IMG/VR virus record: IMGVR_UViG_3300025853_000079
Coordinates: 1 to 62,944 of that record
Length of the DNA stretch: 62,944 nt
DNA from: a virus
Lineage: Duplodnaviria > Caudoviricetes
Direction: 5' to 3' (one strand)
The notes beneath the pieces are model-generated. The model made no database searches. It saw nothing but the letters and a program-made list of their open reading frames with translations, and had not been told where the DNA came from. This document shows positions 9,546-18,128 of the stretch, piece after piece. The number at the start of each line of letters is the position of its first letter. Position 1 is the stretch's first letter. The position numbers were made by a program, and so were the translations under genes.

Positions 9546-11096
9546 TCAGCGTCGACCTTCGCCGCGATCAAGCTGCATCGATTCGTGTCGCCGACGGATC
9601 CGGACGCTCGACGCCGAATGATCGTGCGACGTTCGCGTAATCGTCTCGCCGCGGCGTGCCGCTTCCGTGTAGACCAGATAGCGCAGCGCGTCGACGGCGT
9701 GGTCGTCCTTCTTCAGCGGCTTGGGCTTCGCGTCGCGAGGATTCGCCCCGGTGACGCTGCCTCGCTCCCAGCGATACGTGCGCATCTGCCGCACGAGGTT
9801 CGGGCACCGCTCTCGATGGATGTAGAGCCGACACTGGCCGCCGAGCGTCTTGTCCGGCTTCAGCATGTAACGAACGTGCTCGATGCCCTCGTAAACCGAG
9901 TTGTTCGCGGCCGTCATGTTCAGCGGTCGGCAGTCGGGCTTGTACTGCGTTAGCTTCGTCGCGAGCCGAATCCCGTCCGGGTTGCTCGGGTCAGCATAGG
10001 TCGTCCCGAACCAGGGTTCATTGTCGTTCCAGTCCCAGTCATCAGAAATGCGTGACACTTCCTCGAGGTGATCGGCCGTCGTCATCGTCTGATCGGTGCT
10101 GTAATACTCATCGAAGACGAACCACTGGCCGGCCTCGGTCTTGTACGCCCAGAGACAGCAGAACGCGTTTTCCGGGCCGGCTCCCCAGTCGATTGCGCGT
10201 CGGTATTCGACGTTCTCAGGGAAATCGATCACGTCGTCGCCGGGAGCGTGTACCTGCGAATTCCAGGTCTGGTAAATCTGCCCTTCGAACTGCCCGAACT
10301 GGCCACGGCAGCGGACCGGCTTCACCTCGTCGGGAAGCATCCCGAAAAACTCGTCAAACCACTCCTGTGACACCTGACCGGCATCGACGGCACACTCGGT
10401 GTTCGACCAGTAGACAGCCCAGCCAGGCGGCAGGTCGTCCTCGTCGATCATGTCCTGCAGCTCGATCGACAATGCGGGATCGACCGGCGTGAACTCGGCC
10501 AGCTTGCTGCCGGGGAATTCGTACTCGCGGGATCCGCGGAGCACTTCCTCGAGGATGCCCCAGGGGAACTGCTCGACGAACAGAAAGCCGCCGATTGCGC
10601 GGGCCTGCATCTGGCTCCGGCCCTGTCGGTAACTCTTGAACTCCAGCACCCAGTTCTTGCCAGGCCGGCCTTCCCACGGCTTCAGCGGCACGCGTTTCGG
10701 CCAGTTGTCTTTCGAGCTCATCCACGCGATGCGATCGAACTCAATTTCGCCGTGTGGACAGATCGAGCGGCCGTAGAGCTTCTCGGCCCAGCAGGCTTCC
10801 ATGACCTGCTCGTAGCTCTCGGCAATGACCCAGAACGGAGTGTTCTCGCGCGGAGGCGGCTGCTCGTGCAGCACGAACTTCATCGCCTTGGCGAGCCCGA
10901 GCGTCGTCGTGCCGGCACCGTTTCCGCCCAGCATGAACGAGACGCCGCGGTGCTTCGAGTTGAAATATCCGGCCTGTTCGTCGCCCTTCTGCGGCTGATC
11001 AGGGCGAGGCTTGAACGTGCAGAACGCGTCATCGAGTGTCGAGACAACGCGGCCGGCTTCGTGCTCTGAATCGATCTCCGGACCGAGCAGCGGCAT
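9546..11096 (-). CDS. terL: Terminase large subunit
   Basis: Walker A-like GGNGAGTT; nuclease motifs AIDWG, FVFDEYY, YADPS and KDDHAVDALRY. Confidence 0.9.
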   Translation of the reverse strand: MPLLGPEIDSEHEAGRVVSTLDDAFCTFKPRPDQPQKGDEQAGYFNSKHRGVSFMLGGNGAGTTTLGLAKAMKFVLHEQPPPRENTPFWVIAESYEQVMEACWAEKLYGRSICPHGEIEFDRIAWMSSKDNWPKRVPLKPWEGRPGKNWVLEFKSYRQGRSQMQARAIGGFLFVEQFPWGILEEVLRGSREYEFPGSKLAEFTPVDPALSIELQDMIDEDDLPPGWAVYWSNTECAVDAGQVSQEWFDEFFGMLPDEVKPVRCRGQFGQFEGQIYQTWNSQVHAPGDDVIDFPENVEYRRAIDWGAGPENAFCCLWAYKTEAGQWFVFDEYYSTDQTMTTADHLEEVSRISDDWDWNDNEPWFGTTYADPSNPDGIRLATKLTQYKPDCRPLNMTAANNSVYEGIEHVRYMLKPDKTLGGQCRLYIHRERCPNLVRQMRTYRWERGSVTGANPRDAKPKPLKKDDHAVDALRYLVYTEAARRGETITRTSHDHSASSVRIRRRHESMQLDRGEGRR

Positions 11097-11124
11097 CCAG
11101 GCAGTCTTTGACTGCTATGCCCCG

Positions 11125-11142
11125 GCTCGGTGGTTCCGATGC
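11125..11142 (-). promoter_or_regulatory. Late-leader motif B, copy 2
   Basis: GCTCGGTGGTTCCGATGC upstream of terL. Confidence 0.7.
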
Positions 11143-11151
11143 CATGACGAA

Positions 11152-11193
11152 CAAACAAAAAGGCCCGGCAGCCAGTGGAACACTGCCGGGCCT
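11152..11193 (-). terminator. Putative intrinsic terminator
   Basis: GGCCCGGCAG...CTGCCGGGCC hairpin followed by TTTTTGTTT on the minus strand. Confidence 0.6.
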
Positions 11194-11247
11194 CGCGGAC
11201 GATAAAAAAACGACTCGACAACCTCCGAGTTGAACGGAGAAGCGGGG

Positions 11248-11598
11248 TTATGAGCCCTCGCCGGCACCCTTGCTGTCAGCGTCGTCAGAAAACCCGTCCG
11301 CTGCTGGTGTTTCCGGGTAAATCGCACCGGGTCGCGGCTCGGTGCTCAGGTAGACCGTGAGTCCGTTTTCTTCGCGACCATAACGACCGTCGTCGGTCAC
11401 GTAGTCCTTGCCATTGCTGGCGTAAATCTTGCCGTTTGATGCTAGCTCGCTTGGCTGCGCTTCGGCCTCTTCAGTGTCAGCAACAATCTCAGCCTGCCCG
11501 CCTTCCTGCAGGTCATCGTTGTCGTTATCCGTCGTTGCCTCGGCAACAACCTCGCCCGTATCGGCGTCGACGATTGCGTCTGTCTGTTCGTCCGGCAT
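11248..11598 (-). CDS. Acidic hypothetical protein
   Basis: 116 aa with a GAGGAG ribosome-binding site. Confidence 0.7.
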   Translation of the reverse strand: MPDEQTDAIVDADTGEVVAEATTDNDNDDLQEGGQAEIVADTEEAEAQPSELASNGKIYASNGKDYVTDDGRYGREENGLTVYLSTEPRPGAIYPETPAADGFSDDADSKGAGEGS

Positions 11599-11624
11599 TG
11601 TCGTGCTCCTCGTGCTCAGAAGTG

Positions 11625-11669
11625 AAAGAAAAAGCCGGCCGCCCCTGTGTGCGGGAGGCGGCCGGCTTC
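11625..11669 (-). terminator. Putative intrinsic terminator
   Basis: AAGCCGGCCGCC...GGCGGCCGGCTT hairpin followed by a T-tract on the minus strand. Confidence 0.65.
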
Positions 11670-11687
11670 AGCAAGCTACACGCCCGC

Positions 11688-12536
11688 TTAACCAGCTTCG
11701 CGGCTGATGTGCTGGCCGTAATAGGTGAGCGTTTTCGCCTCGGCAGCTCCGTCCGCTTCGACGCCGACATACGGGATCAGGTCCGTCGCGTCCGTCAGTG
11801 CTGTCGTCGTCGCGACCAGCGTGCCGTTGATGTAGAAACGGGCGATGCGATCGCTATCGATCGCGATGACCAGCTCGTAGCTGGTGCTCGCTGCCACCGC
11901 GACACCGGTATCAGTCGCAGTGTCCGTTCCGCCGATCGAGCTGACCGCCTGGAACTCACCGTCGTTGACGTCATCCTCATAGCGGAAGAAGACTTGATCG
12001 TCGTCCGTCGCTGTCGTTGGCGTGTTGGTCAGCTTCAGGCCGGCCCAGATGATGCAGTTATCGATCGCGGCGCCAGTCTCGATGCGACACTGCCAGGCGG
12101 TCTGCTTGTCGGTGCCCCAGGTGATCTGAGTCCATGCCGACTGATTCGCGTCGAGGTGCGGTAACAGGATGACGCTGTCACCATCAGCCCCGTCCGTTGT
12201 GAACGTGAGGCCGCCCTCAGCGTTGAACGTGACGTCGTCGCTCGACGCGTTTGTGCCGAGAATCTCGAAATCCGGATCCGCGATCATGCGGGTCGCTTCG
12301 GCCGCGTTCTGGATGTCGGCATTCAGGCCAGGCTTGCCGCGCTGTCCGGCGATGTGTGTCAGCTGGATGCGGCTGGGCACCAGTCGAGCCGGGGCATCCA
12401 GCACCGTCTCACGACCAGCCAGCAGGCCTCGCAGGTTTTTGTCATAGAACAGGGCGCCACTGCAGGCATTGCTTGGTCGGTGATCGCTGTCTCCCGCGAT
12501 CTGACTGCCGTGCAGGCTGGGAATTGCCTCAACCAT
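11688..12536 (-). CDS. Probable virion protein, beta-sandwich/ConA-like
   Basis: 282 aa, Thr/Asp-rich; C-terminal YELVIAID...ARFYINGTLV pattern; lies downstream of a motif A copy. Confidence 0.6.
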   Translation of the reverse strand: MVEAIPSLHGSQIAGDSDHRPSNACSGALFYDKNLRGLLAGRETVLDAPARLVPSRIQLTHIAGQRGKPGLNADIQNAAEATRMIADPDFEILGTNASSDDVTFNAEGGLTFTTDGADGDSVILLPHLDANQSAWTQITWGTDKQTAWQCRIETGAAIDNCIIWAGLKLTNTPTTATDDDQVFFRYEDDVNDGEFQAVSSIGGTDTATDTGVAVAASTSYELVIAIDSDRIARFYINGTLVATTTALTDATDLIPYVGVEADGAAEAKTLTYYGQHISREAG

Positions 12537-12600
12537 CGTTCATTGCTCCGTACGGGTGATCGGGATTCAGTCTGGAATCCGGTGTGTGAGGCGTGGGCTG

Positions 12601-12627
12601 TAGCAAATCAGCTGAGCGATTGTCGAA
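12601..12627 (-). promoter_or_regulatory. Putative late promoter motif A, copy 3
   Basis: TAGCAAATCAGCTGAGCGATTGTCGAA. Confidence 0.7.
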
Positions 12628-12635
12628 TTCGCTTT

Positions 12636-12863
12636 TCAGGCCATCGCAGCCCTGATCTGCTCGACCTTCTGCTCCCAGTCCTTCGGCTGATGTTCGGTTA
12701 GCAGGTCGATCGCTTTCTGCATTGCTTGCAGTCGCGTCAGGCCTGCCACTCGCATGTAGCGGAGCGGATCGCTAGCCAGATTACTCTCGCTGCCGTGAGC
12801 GTCAGCCTGTGCTGCCTTCTCGGCTTCGAGGAGCTTGTCGACGATGTGCTTGAGTCTGGACAT
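12636..12863 (-). CDS. Hypothetical protein
   Basis: 75 aa with a GGAG ribosome-binding site. Confidence 0.6.
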   Translation of the reverse strand: MSRLKHIVDKLLEAEKAAQADAHGSESNLASDPLRYMRVAGLTRLQAMQKAIDLLTEHQPKDWEQKVEQIRAAMA

Positions 12864-12906
12864 TTCGCTCCGTCAGTGAGCGCTGCGGACACGGCACGCG
12901 GAGTCG

Positions 12907-13500
12907 TTACGTTGCCTGCTTCTCGAAACCAATTCCTCGCATTCCTGCACGCTCTGCAGCTCGAGGTATCGCACCGCTCCCCGCAAATGGGTCGAGCAGG
13001 AGGCCACCCTCGACGGCAAATGGCCTGACTGCCCAGTCTGCAACTTCGGGCGGCAACTCTGCACGTCGACCATTACGGATCGGCTCTGCTGTAATGTGGT
13101 CAAGCATGTCGGCGGGAATTCCCTCACCCTTGCCTTTTCGCATCGCCACAGCGTTGACCGTCGCCCACTGCCAGCCGGGAGTTCTCGTTTTCGTTTTCGC
13201 GACCGGCTTGCACCAAGTACCGATGCGGACAGGCTCCAGAATCCCACGAACTGCCTCGACCATGTAGGCCGTCGAACGCCAGGACGACGCACAGAACACG
13301 ATCATCCAGCCGCCCCGCTTCAAGCGGACCGCAGCCTCGCGGAGAACGACAGCGACAGTCGCGCTCAATGCGTGCTCGCCGCCACTTCCCCCGAATGCGT
13401 AAGGCGGATCGGTCACGATCACATCCGGAGTCAACTCGAACTCTGAAAGTAAATCGATCGCGTCGCCGCGTCTGATCGAAAACATCTCGCTCTCTGTCAT
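12907..13500 (-). CDS. N6A/N4C DNA methyltransferase (beta class)
   Basis: VIVTDPPY catalytic motif and LLDPFAGSG SAM-binding motif. Confidence 0.85.
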   Translation of the reverse strand: MTESEMFSIRRGDAIDLLSEFELTPDVIVTDPPYAFGGSGGEHALSATVAVVLREAAVRLKRGGWMIVFCASSWRSTAYMVEAVRGILEPVRIGTWCKPVAKTKTRTPGWQWATVNAVAMRKGKGEGIPADMLDHITAEPIRNGRRAELPPEVADWAVRPFAVEGGLLLDPFAGSGAIPRAAERAGMRGIGFEKQAT

Positions 13501-13573
13501 TCCGTTCTCTCCAAAAGTAGCGCTGGACAGTTTTCCAAAAGTAGCGCTGGACACGGCAGCCGCCTGCTGTGCG

Positions 13574-14242
13574 TTATCCAGCAAACGGCAGCACGCCCTG
13601 ACGTAGACGCTCGACCGCTTTCTGGCAGTATTCCTCGTTTATCTCTATTCCAACCGCACGCATTCCGGCCAGCTTCGCCGCAACCAATGTCGTCCCCGCC
13701 CCCATGAACGGATCAACCACACTTGTTACGTCATTAACCATGCTCAGGCACCACTGAATCAACCTCAACGGCTTCTCGGTCGGGTGGTGCTTTCCGTTCG
13801 TGTGCGCCTCAACCCGGCTCAAGCGAAACGTCTTGCACGGCTTATCCAGCGTTGTCCACGCTGCCTCAAAATCGCTGCCGCTGAATTCCTGCACCTTGTC
13901 CCACGTCAACCAGCATCGTGACGGCTTCACCGCAAAATAGTTGCCGCCCCAAATGATCGCGTTTTCTGCCAACTCAATTTGTGAATCAATCACCCACTGG
14001 CTCGGCGTTGCCGCATCCCAGTCTGGTGACTCTTTGAAATGCTTTTCCCATTCACCGTTCCCGCCCGTCAATCGCTTCCCTAACCCATACGGCGGATCAG
14101 TTAACAACAAGTCAAACCGCCCCAACCACGGCAACACTTTCCTGCAATCGGCGTTGTAGATCGTGATTCCACCCTGATCGTAAAAAGGCTGGATAACAAA
14201 CGGTTGCACCGGAGCGGCGGTCGTCGTCGCATCTGAATTCAT
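13574..14242 (-). CDS. N6A/N4C DNA methyltransferase (beta class) inside an integron-type cassette
   Basis: LLLTDPPYG, HPTEKP, VVDPFMGAGTT and GIEINEEY motifs. Confidence 0.9.
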   Translation of the reverse strand: MNSDATTTAAPVQPFVIQPFYDQGGITIYNADCRKVLPWLGRFDLLLTDPPYGLGKRLTGGNGEWEKHFKESPDWDAATPSQWVIDSQIELAENAIIWGGNYFAVKPSRCWLTWDKVQEFSGSDFEAAWTTLDKPCKTFRLSRVEAHTNGKHHPTEKPLRLIQWCLSMVNDVTSVVDPFMGAGTTLVAAKLAGMRAVGIEINEEYCQKAVERLRQGVLPFAG

Positions 14243-14274
14243 AGTCTTATCTCCGCCGCCCGGTGAACCGGGCG
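13574..14274 (+). mobile_element. Integron-type gene cassette (701 bp)
   Basis: Begins at G/TTATCCAGC (13573) and ends in an attC whose R'' side, GCTGGATAAC (14188-14197), is its exact reverse complement. Confidence 0.75.
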
Positions 14275-14280
14275 TTATTG
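14191..14280 (+). other. attC recombination site
   Basis: GGATAAC...GTTATTG ends. The inner palindrome TT(G)CACCGG(A)GCGGCGG / CCGCCGCCCGGTGAA has two unpaired bases. Confidence 0.75.
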
Positions 14281-14338
14281 GTAGCGCTGGACTGATTCCG
14301 CGAGCGCTGCGGACACGGCATCCGGAGCGATTTACGCC

Positions 14339-14743
14339 TCACGGCCGCTGCTTAACGAGCTCCTGTAGCTCAGCAATCTTGCCCGTCAGATCTGCCTGCT
14401 CCTGATACTTAAGCAGATTGTCGAACCAGAGCTTGATGCCCTGCAGCGCGACTCGATCCTTCTCGGTTCCCGTGTCGATGATCTCTAGCAGCTTCGCCTG
14501 AATCTTTTTTCCTTCCATGATGAAGCCGCCGAGCAAGCCATCGACGGCCTCGTTCCGTATCTCGTCGACCGTTGCCATGAAATCCGGATCCGTCGCTCGT
14601 CGCACGATCGTCGACAGATGGACGCCGGCCGCATTTGCGGCCTCACGTTGAGACAGTCCGCGGGCCAGCGCGATACGAATCCGATCGTCTCGCGCGACCG
14701 TCGACGCGGATTTGCCCTCTCGCTTGGCCTTCTTCTTCGCCAT
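14339..14743 (-). CDS. HTH protein, possible terminase small subunit
   Basis: LARGLSQREAANAAGVHLSTIVR HTH, then DPDF and a helical C-terminus. Confidence 0.55.
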   Translation of the reverse strand: MAKKKAKREGKSASTVARDDRIRIALARGLSQREAANAAGVHLSTIVRRATDPDFMATVDEIRNEAVDGLLGGFIMEGKKIQAKLLEIIDTGTEKDRVALQGIKLWFDNLLKYQEQADLTGKIAELQELVKQRP

Positions 14744-14750
14744 GGATCAC

Positions 14751-15806
14751 CTACGCAGTTGCTTCGGCTGTCGTGCGACGCTTCCAGGCAGAGTGCAACG
14801 CAGACACTCGTTGCACGGTCACCGCCGAACTGAAGTGCTGGCTCAGTTCGACAGCGATCGCCTTCATATCCGTGCGCCCCGACTCAAACCGTTCGACGGC
14901 TGCCGCCTTGACAGCGTCTGGCGTTGCCTTGGGTGGCTCCTGACTCGCGTTCTCATCGACAGGCTCGACTGGCGAGTCCTCGTCAGTGCTCTCGCTGTCA
15001 GCTGGTGCGGATTCAGTCGCGATGCCGTGCCGCTTCGCAACATCATCGACCTGGTTCAGCGTGATCTCGAACCGCTTCGCGACCTGCCAGGGAAGTGCTC
15101 CCTCTCTCAGAAACTCGACAACGTCCGCCTCGATCTCCTTGAGCCGCTCGGCTTCCGACTGCTGGACGATGCCGGCCTTCGATTGCTGTTCGACCTGCGT
15201 CGCTCGATCGAGGTGCCCCTGCAGCTCGATGTTGAGCTTCTCCCGAATGATCTTGTCTTCGGGATGCACAAAGTCGGCAGGGATCACACTGCCCGGCTTA
15301 TCGGCCTCCTGCTCAATCAACTTGCTGAGCGGCTGGCCGTGCTCGGTAAAGAAGATTCCAGTCCAGTTGCCATCGACGCGCAGGCCGAACTGAACTGCGA
15401 TCTGGAAGTCATTCAGCCCTTCGGCCTTGTATTCCTTCACGCTCTTGAGAACTCGCCCCTCGACCGCAATCCGGACCTTGCGATAGGTCTCGATGACGTC
15501 ACGGAACGCAGACCAGAACGCCTGCACGGGCTCACCGTCGGTCGTGATCTTCGCGCGATCGACGTACGCCTGATACTCCAGATCAACGCGTCGCATCCGG
15601 TCCGCGATCTCGCGGCAGTCGGCCGGCACGTCACCGTAGCAGATCGTCGAGATAGCAACCTGCAGCGCGGCATCAAGATCGCTGCCGTCCTCGATGCCGG
15701 TTGCCGTCAGGTCATCGCACCACTTGTCATGTGCTTCGATCAGAGTGTCGATCGCGCGAATGATATCGCCGCGTCGACTGTGCAGTGGGTTAGAGCTCCC
15801 CGTCAT
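14751..15806 (-). CDS. Hypothetical protein with possible HTH segments
   Basis: 351 aa; LPWQVAKRFEITLNQV looks HTH-like. Confidence 0.65.
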   Translation of the reverse strand: MTGSSNPLHSRRGDIIRAIDTLIEAHDKWCDDLTATGIEDGSDLDAALQVAISTICYGDVPADCREIADRMRRVDLEYQAYVDRAKITTDGEPVQAFWSAFRDVIETYRKVRIAVEGRVLKSVKEYKAEGLNDFQIAVQFGLRVDGNWTGIFFTEHGQPLSKLIEQEADKPGSVIPADFVHPEDKIIREKLNIELQGHLDRATQVEQQSKAGIVQQSEAERLKEIEADVVEFLREGALPWQVAKRFEITLNQVDDVAKRHGIATESAPADSESTDEDSPVEPVDENASQEPPKATPDAVKAAAVERFESGRTDMKAIAVELSQHFSSAVTVQRVSALHSAWKRRTTAEATA

Positions 15807-15878
15807 TGTGCTTCCTGCATGTTGGGGAGGGGCTGGCCATAAGGATAGCCCCTCGGTGCTTGTTGTCCAGAGGTTTCG

Positions 15879-16130
15879 CTACGTCTTGCCCTCGGTCTTT
15901 TCCGCTGGCTTCGTGACGTCGATCTTCGTGAAGCCCTTCGCTTCCAACAGGAACGGAGCCGCCTTAACGGCCGTCTCTGCTGCTGCCCGACATTGCTCCG
16001 GGTTGATGGTCGGCATGTTGCTGATCAGCGCCGCGTAGATTGCGATCTCGGTCTCGGTGGTGACCTGCCCGATCGCCGCTCGCATGTGTGCCTCGCGTTG
16101 TGCGAGATCAACAATTCCGTTTCCGTCCAT
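15879..16130 (-). CDS. Hypothetical protein
   Basis: 83 aa in operon context. Confidence 0.6.
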   Translation of the reverse strand: MDGNGIVDLAQREAHMRAAIGQVTTETEIAIYAALISNMPTINPEQCRAAAETAVKAAPFLLEAKGFTKIDVTKPAEKTEGKT

Positions 16131-16179
16131 TGGTAACTTTCTTTTCTGGTTTGTGGTGATGGCCCGATTACTGCCCGCG

Positions 16180-16953
16180 TTACTCCTCGCTGCCGTAGCC
16201 GTTCGTGTTCCGCCAGGCGACCACGGCGTCGCTGATCTTGTCGATCGCAGCTGCCCCGATGCCCTTCACCTTTCGCAGACGGTCAGCGTTCATCGCTTCC
16301 TCGAGCTCCTTGACGGTCGCGATGTCCGCGTCTTCGAGCTTCTGCGCCTGGCTCGGCGTGATGTCGAGCTCGCTGACGGCCGCAGTGATCGCGGGATCCT
16401 TGCCGCTGGTGCTGGGCTCTTCGGCCTGCTGCTCTTCTTCGCTGTCCTCGGACGGGAACGGCAGAGCCGGCTGCCAGTTGCCGTTGAGCGCGTTGTTCAG
16501 CTCCACGCAGGTCGAGTTCAGCCGGTTCTGTGCGGCTTCCATGTACTTCTTGGCGGCCTTGGCTTCCTCGGCCGCTGCCGTGTGCGCGTCGGTCGCATCC
16601 TGCAGAGCTTCGAGCCGCTGCCCCATTTCGCTCTCGAGGCGTTTGACGGCCTCTTCGCGAGTCTCGACTTTCGGTCGCTCGGGTTCCTCGGTCTCGCCGG
16701 CCAGCAGATCGCAGAGGCAGTCGGGCAGGTCCGGATACTCCGGCTCTCGCCCCTCTTCGCCCACTGCGAACGATTCCGCGGAAACGTGATCGATCCAGTT
16801 GCTGAGCTCACACTGCTGCTCTTCGTCGAGAGCTTCCAGCTGCTCGAGTTCGACCGGTGACGTTTCGCCATCTTCGATCTTGCCGACCGAGACCAGTGCA
16901 GTCGCCAGGCCCTTGTGCAGTTCCGTCGTTTCGATTGCTGTCGCTGTCGTCAT
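16180..16953 (-). CDS. Acidic coiled-coil protein with a C-terminal RNAP alpha-CTD/HhH-like domain
   Basis: VSELDITPSQAQKLEDADIATVKEL...LRKVKGIGAAAIDKI. Confidence 0.65.
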   Translation of the reverse strand: MTTATAIETTELHKGLATALVSVGKIEDGETSPVELEQLEALDEEQQCELSNWIDHVSAESFAVGEEGREPEYPDLPDCLCDLLAGETEEPERPKVETREEAVKRLESEMGQRLEALQDATDAHTAAAEEAKAAKKYMEAAQNRLNSTCVELNNALNGNWQPALPFPSEDSEEEQQAEEPSTSGKDPAITAAVSELDITPSQAQKLEDADIATVKELEEAMNADRLRKVKGIGAAAIDKISDAVVAWRNTNGYGSEE

Positions 16954-16965
16954 CGTGTGCCCCTT

Positions 16966-18087
16966 TCAGGAGTTGTTGCAGGCGTCAAACGCCTGAATGA
17001 ACGCCGCAGCTACCTGCGGCACGATTGCATTGCCAAATCCCTTCAACGCTCCGACGGGGTTGTACCAGTGCTCCGCCGCGGCTTGTCCGTCGGAGCTGCG
17101 AACAGCCACGCGACCGGATACCCCATGAGCCAGCACGGAAGCTGAGGGTCCAACACGCCGGGCCCTTTCGTCTCGGCAGGGGGCGATTCGGTATTCGCTC
17201 CATGCGTCCGAGCGGCATCCGCTGGCAGCGAGCCGCCCGTCTGATTCGGCCCGCCCTTGCTGCCGTCCGTCGCCCGCGGCGTATTCCAGCCTGTGATCTG
17301 GCCGCACAGTGTCTGGCCGGTATTGTGTTTTGAGCCGGGTTTTCTCGTTGCTGTCTCGTTCCTGCCGTTCCGCGAGTCGTTGACTGTTGGCGTTGCCCAC
17401 CCGTTCATCATCTCGGCAATCGCCCCGAGACATTGTTCCGAGTGACGGGATCGAGTTTTCCAGTTCTCCCGCATCATCGAGCCGTTCGGGTTTACCGCTT
17501 CCGTCGCCATGCCCGGCGTGTCCTTGTGATCGCGAGCCGATGGACTCACCCACCCAGAACAGACGTTGTCGGATGTGCGGTGCGCCGACGCTGTGTGCGC
17601 CCAGAACTGCCGCCCCGACGGCGTAGCCCTCAGCTTCCAAGTCTGCCGATACTCCATCGAACCAGACGGGAGCATCTCCTGCAGACGCTGGCCGATCGCC
17701 TTTGACAGTTCCGACGACCGCTGCGCTGGCGACTTGTTCGCCGAACACGATCCCGGGTCGCTGGGCCCGTATGAGTTCGCAGAAGACTGGCCACAGGTGC
17801 CGCTCGTCCTGGTGTCCGTTTCGCTTTCCGGCTGCTGAGAATGGCTGACAGGGGCACGAGCCGGTCCAGACGGATCGATTGTCGTCCCATCCGGCCAGTC
17901 GAAGAGCAACTGACCAGCCACCGATGCCGGCGAAGAAATGGCACTGTGTGAATCCGTCGAGGTCATCCGGTCGCACCTCCGTGATCGATCGTTCGTCGAC
18001 GACTCCCGGAGCAATCAGCCCCGCGTCGATCAGATTCCGCAGCCACTGAGCCGCGTACACGTCGTGTTCGTTGTAGTAAGCCACCAT
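16966..18087 (-). CDS. C5 cytosine DNA methyltransferase, main frame
   Basis: FFAGIGG (motif I), GSCPCQPFS (IV), EQV (VI), PHIRQRLF (VIII) and GNAIVP (X). Confidence 0.9.
   Translation of the reverse strand: MVAYYNEHDVYAAQWLRNLIDAGLIAPGVVDERSITEVRPDDLDGFTQCHFFAGIGGWSVALRLAGWDDNRSVWTGSCPCQPFSAAGKRNGHQDERHLWPVFCELIRAQRPGIVFGEQVASAAVVGTVKGDRPASAGDAPVWFDGVSADLEAEGYAVGAAVLGAHSVGAPHIRQRLFWVGESIGSRSQGHAGHGDGSGKPERLDDAGELENSIPSLGTMSRGDCRDDERVGNANSQRLAERQERDSNEKTRLKTQYRPDTVRPDHRLEYAAGDGRQQGRAESDGRLAASGCRSDAWSEYRIAPCRDERARRVGPSASVLAHGVSGRVAVRSSDGQAAAEHWYNPVGALKGFGNAIVPQVAAAFIQAFDACNNS
17043..18014 (-). CDS. Overprinted alternative-frame polypeptide of the C5 methyltransferase (putative beta subunit; start uncertain)
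   Basis: Three W-x-[ST]-P repeats and a motif IX-like LDPQLPCWLMGYPVAW in a different frame inside the gene. Confidence 0.6.
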   Translation of the reverse strand: MLRESSTNDRSRRCDRMTSTDSHSAISSPASVAGQLLFDWPDGTTIDPSGPARAPVSHSQQPESETDTRTSGTCGQSSANSYGPSDPGSCSANKSPAQRSSELSKAIGQRLQEMLPSGSMEYRQTWKLRATPSGRQFWAHTASAHRTSDNVCSGWVSPSARDHKDTPGMATEAVNPNGSMMRENWKTRSRHSEQCLGAIAEMMNGWATPTVNDSRNGRNETATRKPGSKHNTGQTLCGQITGWNTPRATDGSKGGPNQTGGSLPADAARTHGANTESPPAETKGPGVLDPQLPCWLMGYPVAWLFAAPTDKPRRSTGTTPSER

Positions 18088-18128
18088 TTTTGATCTACCA
18101 GCACCGTGCGGTGCTCCAGTTTGTTCAG

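Larger units (their letters stand above)
12878..14320. repeat. 19-bp direct repeat GAGCGCTGCGGACACGGCA flanking two methyltransferase genes
   Basis: Exact copies at 12878-12896 and 14302-14320; related AGCGCTGGAC copies near 13519, 13543 and 14283. Confidence 0.8.

Noticed and set aside
12907-18087. Complete restriction-modification system
   Set aside because: No cognate endonuclease was seen; the methyltransferases appear to be orphans.
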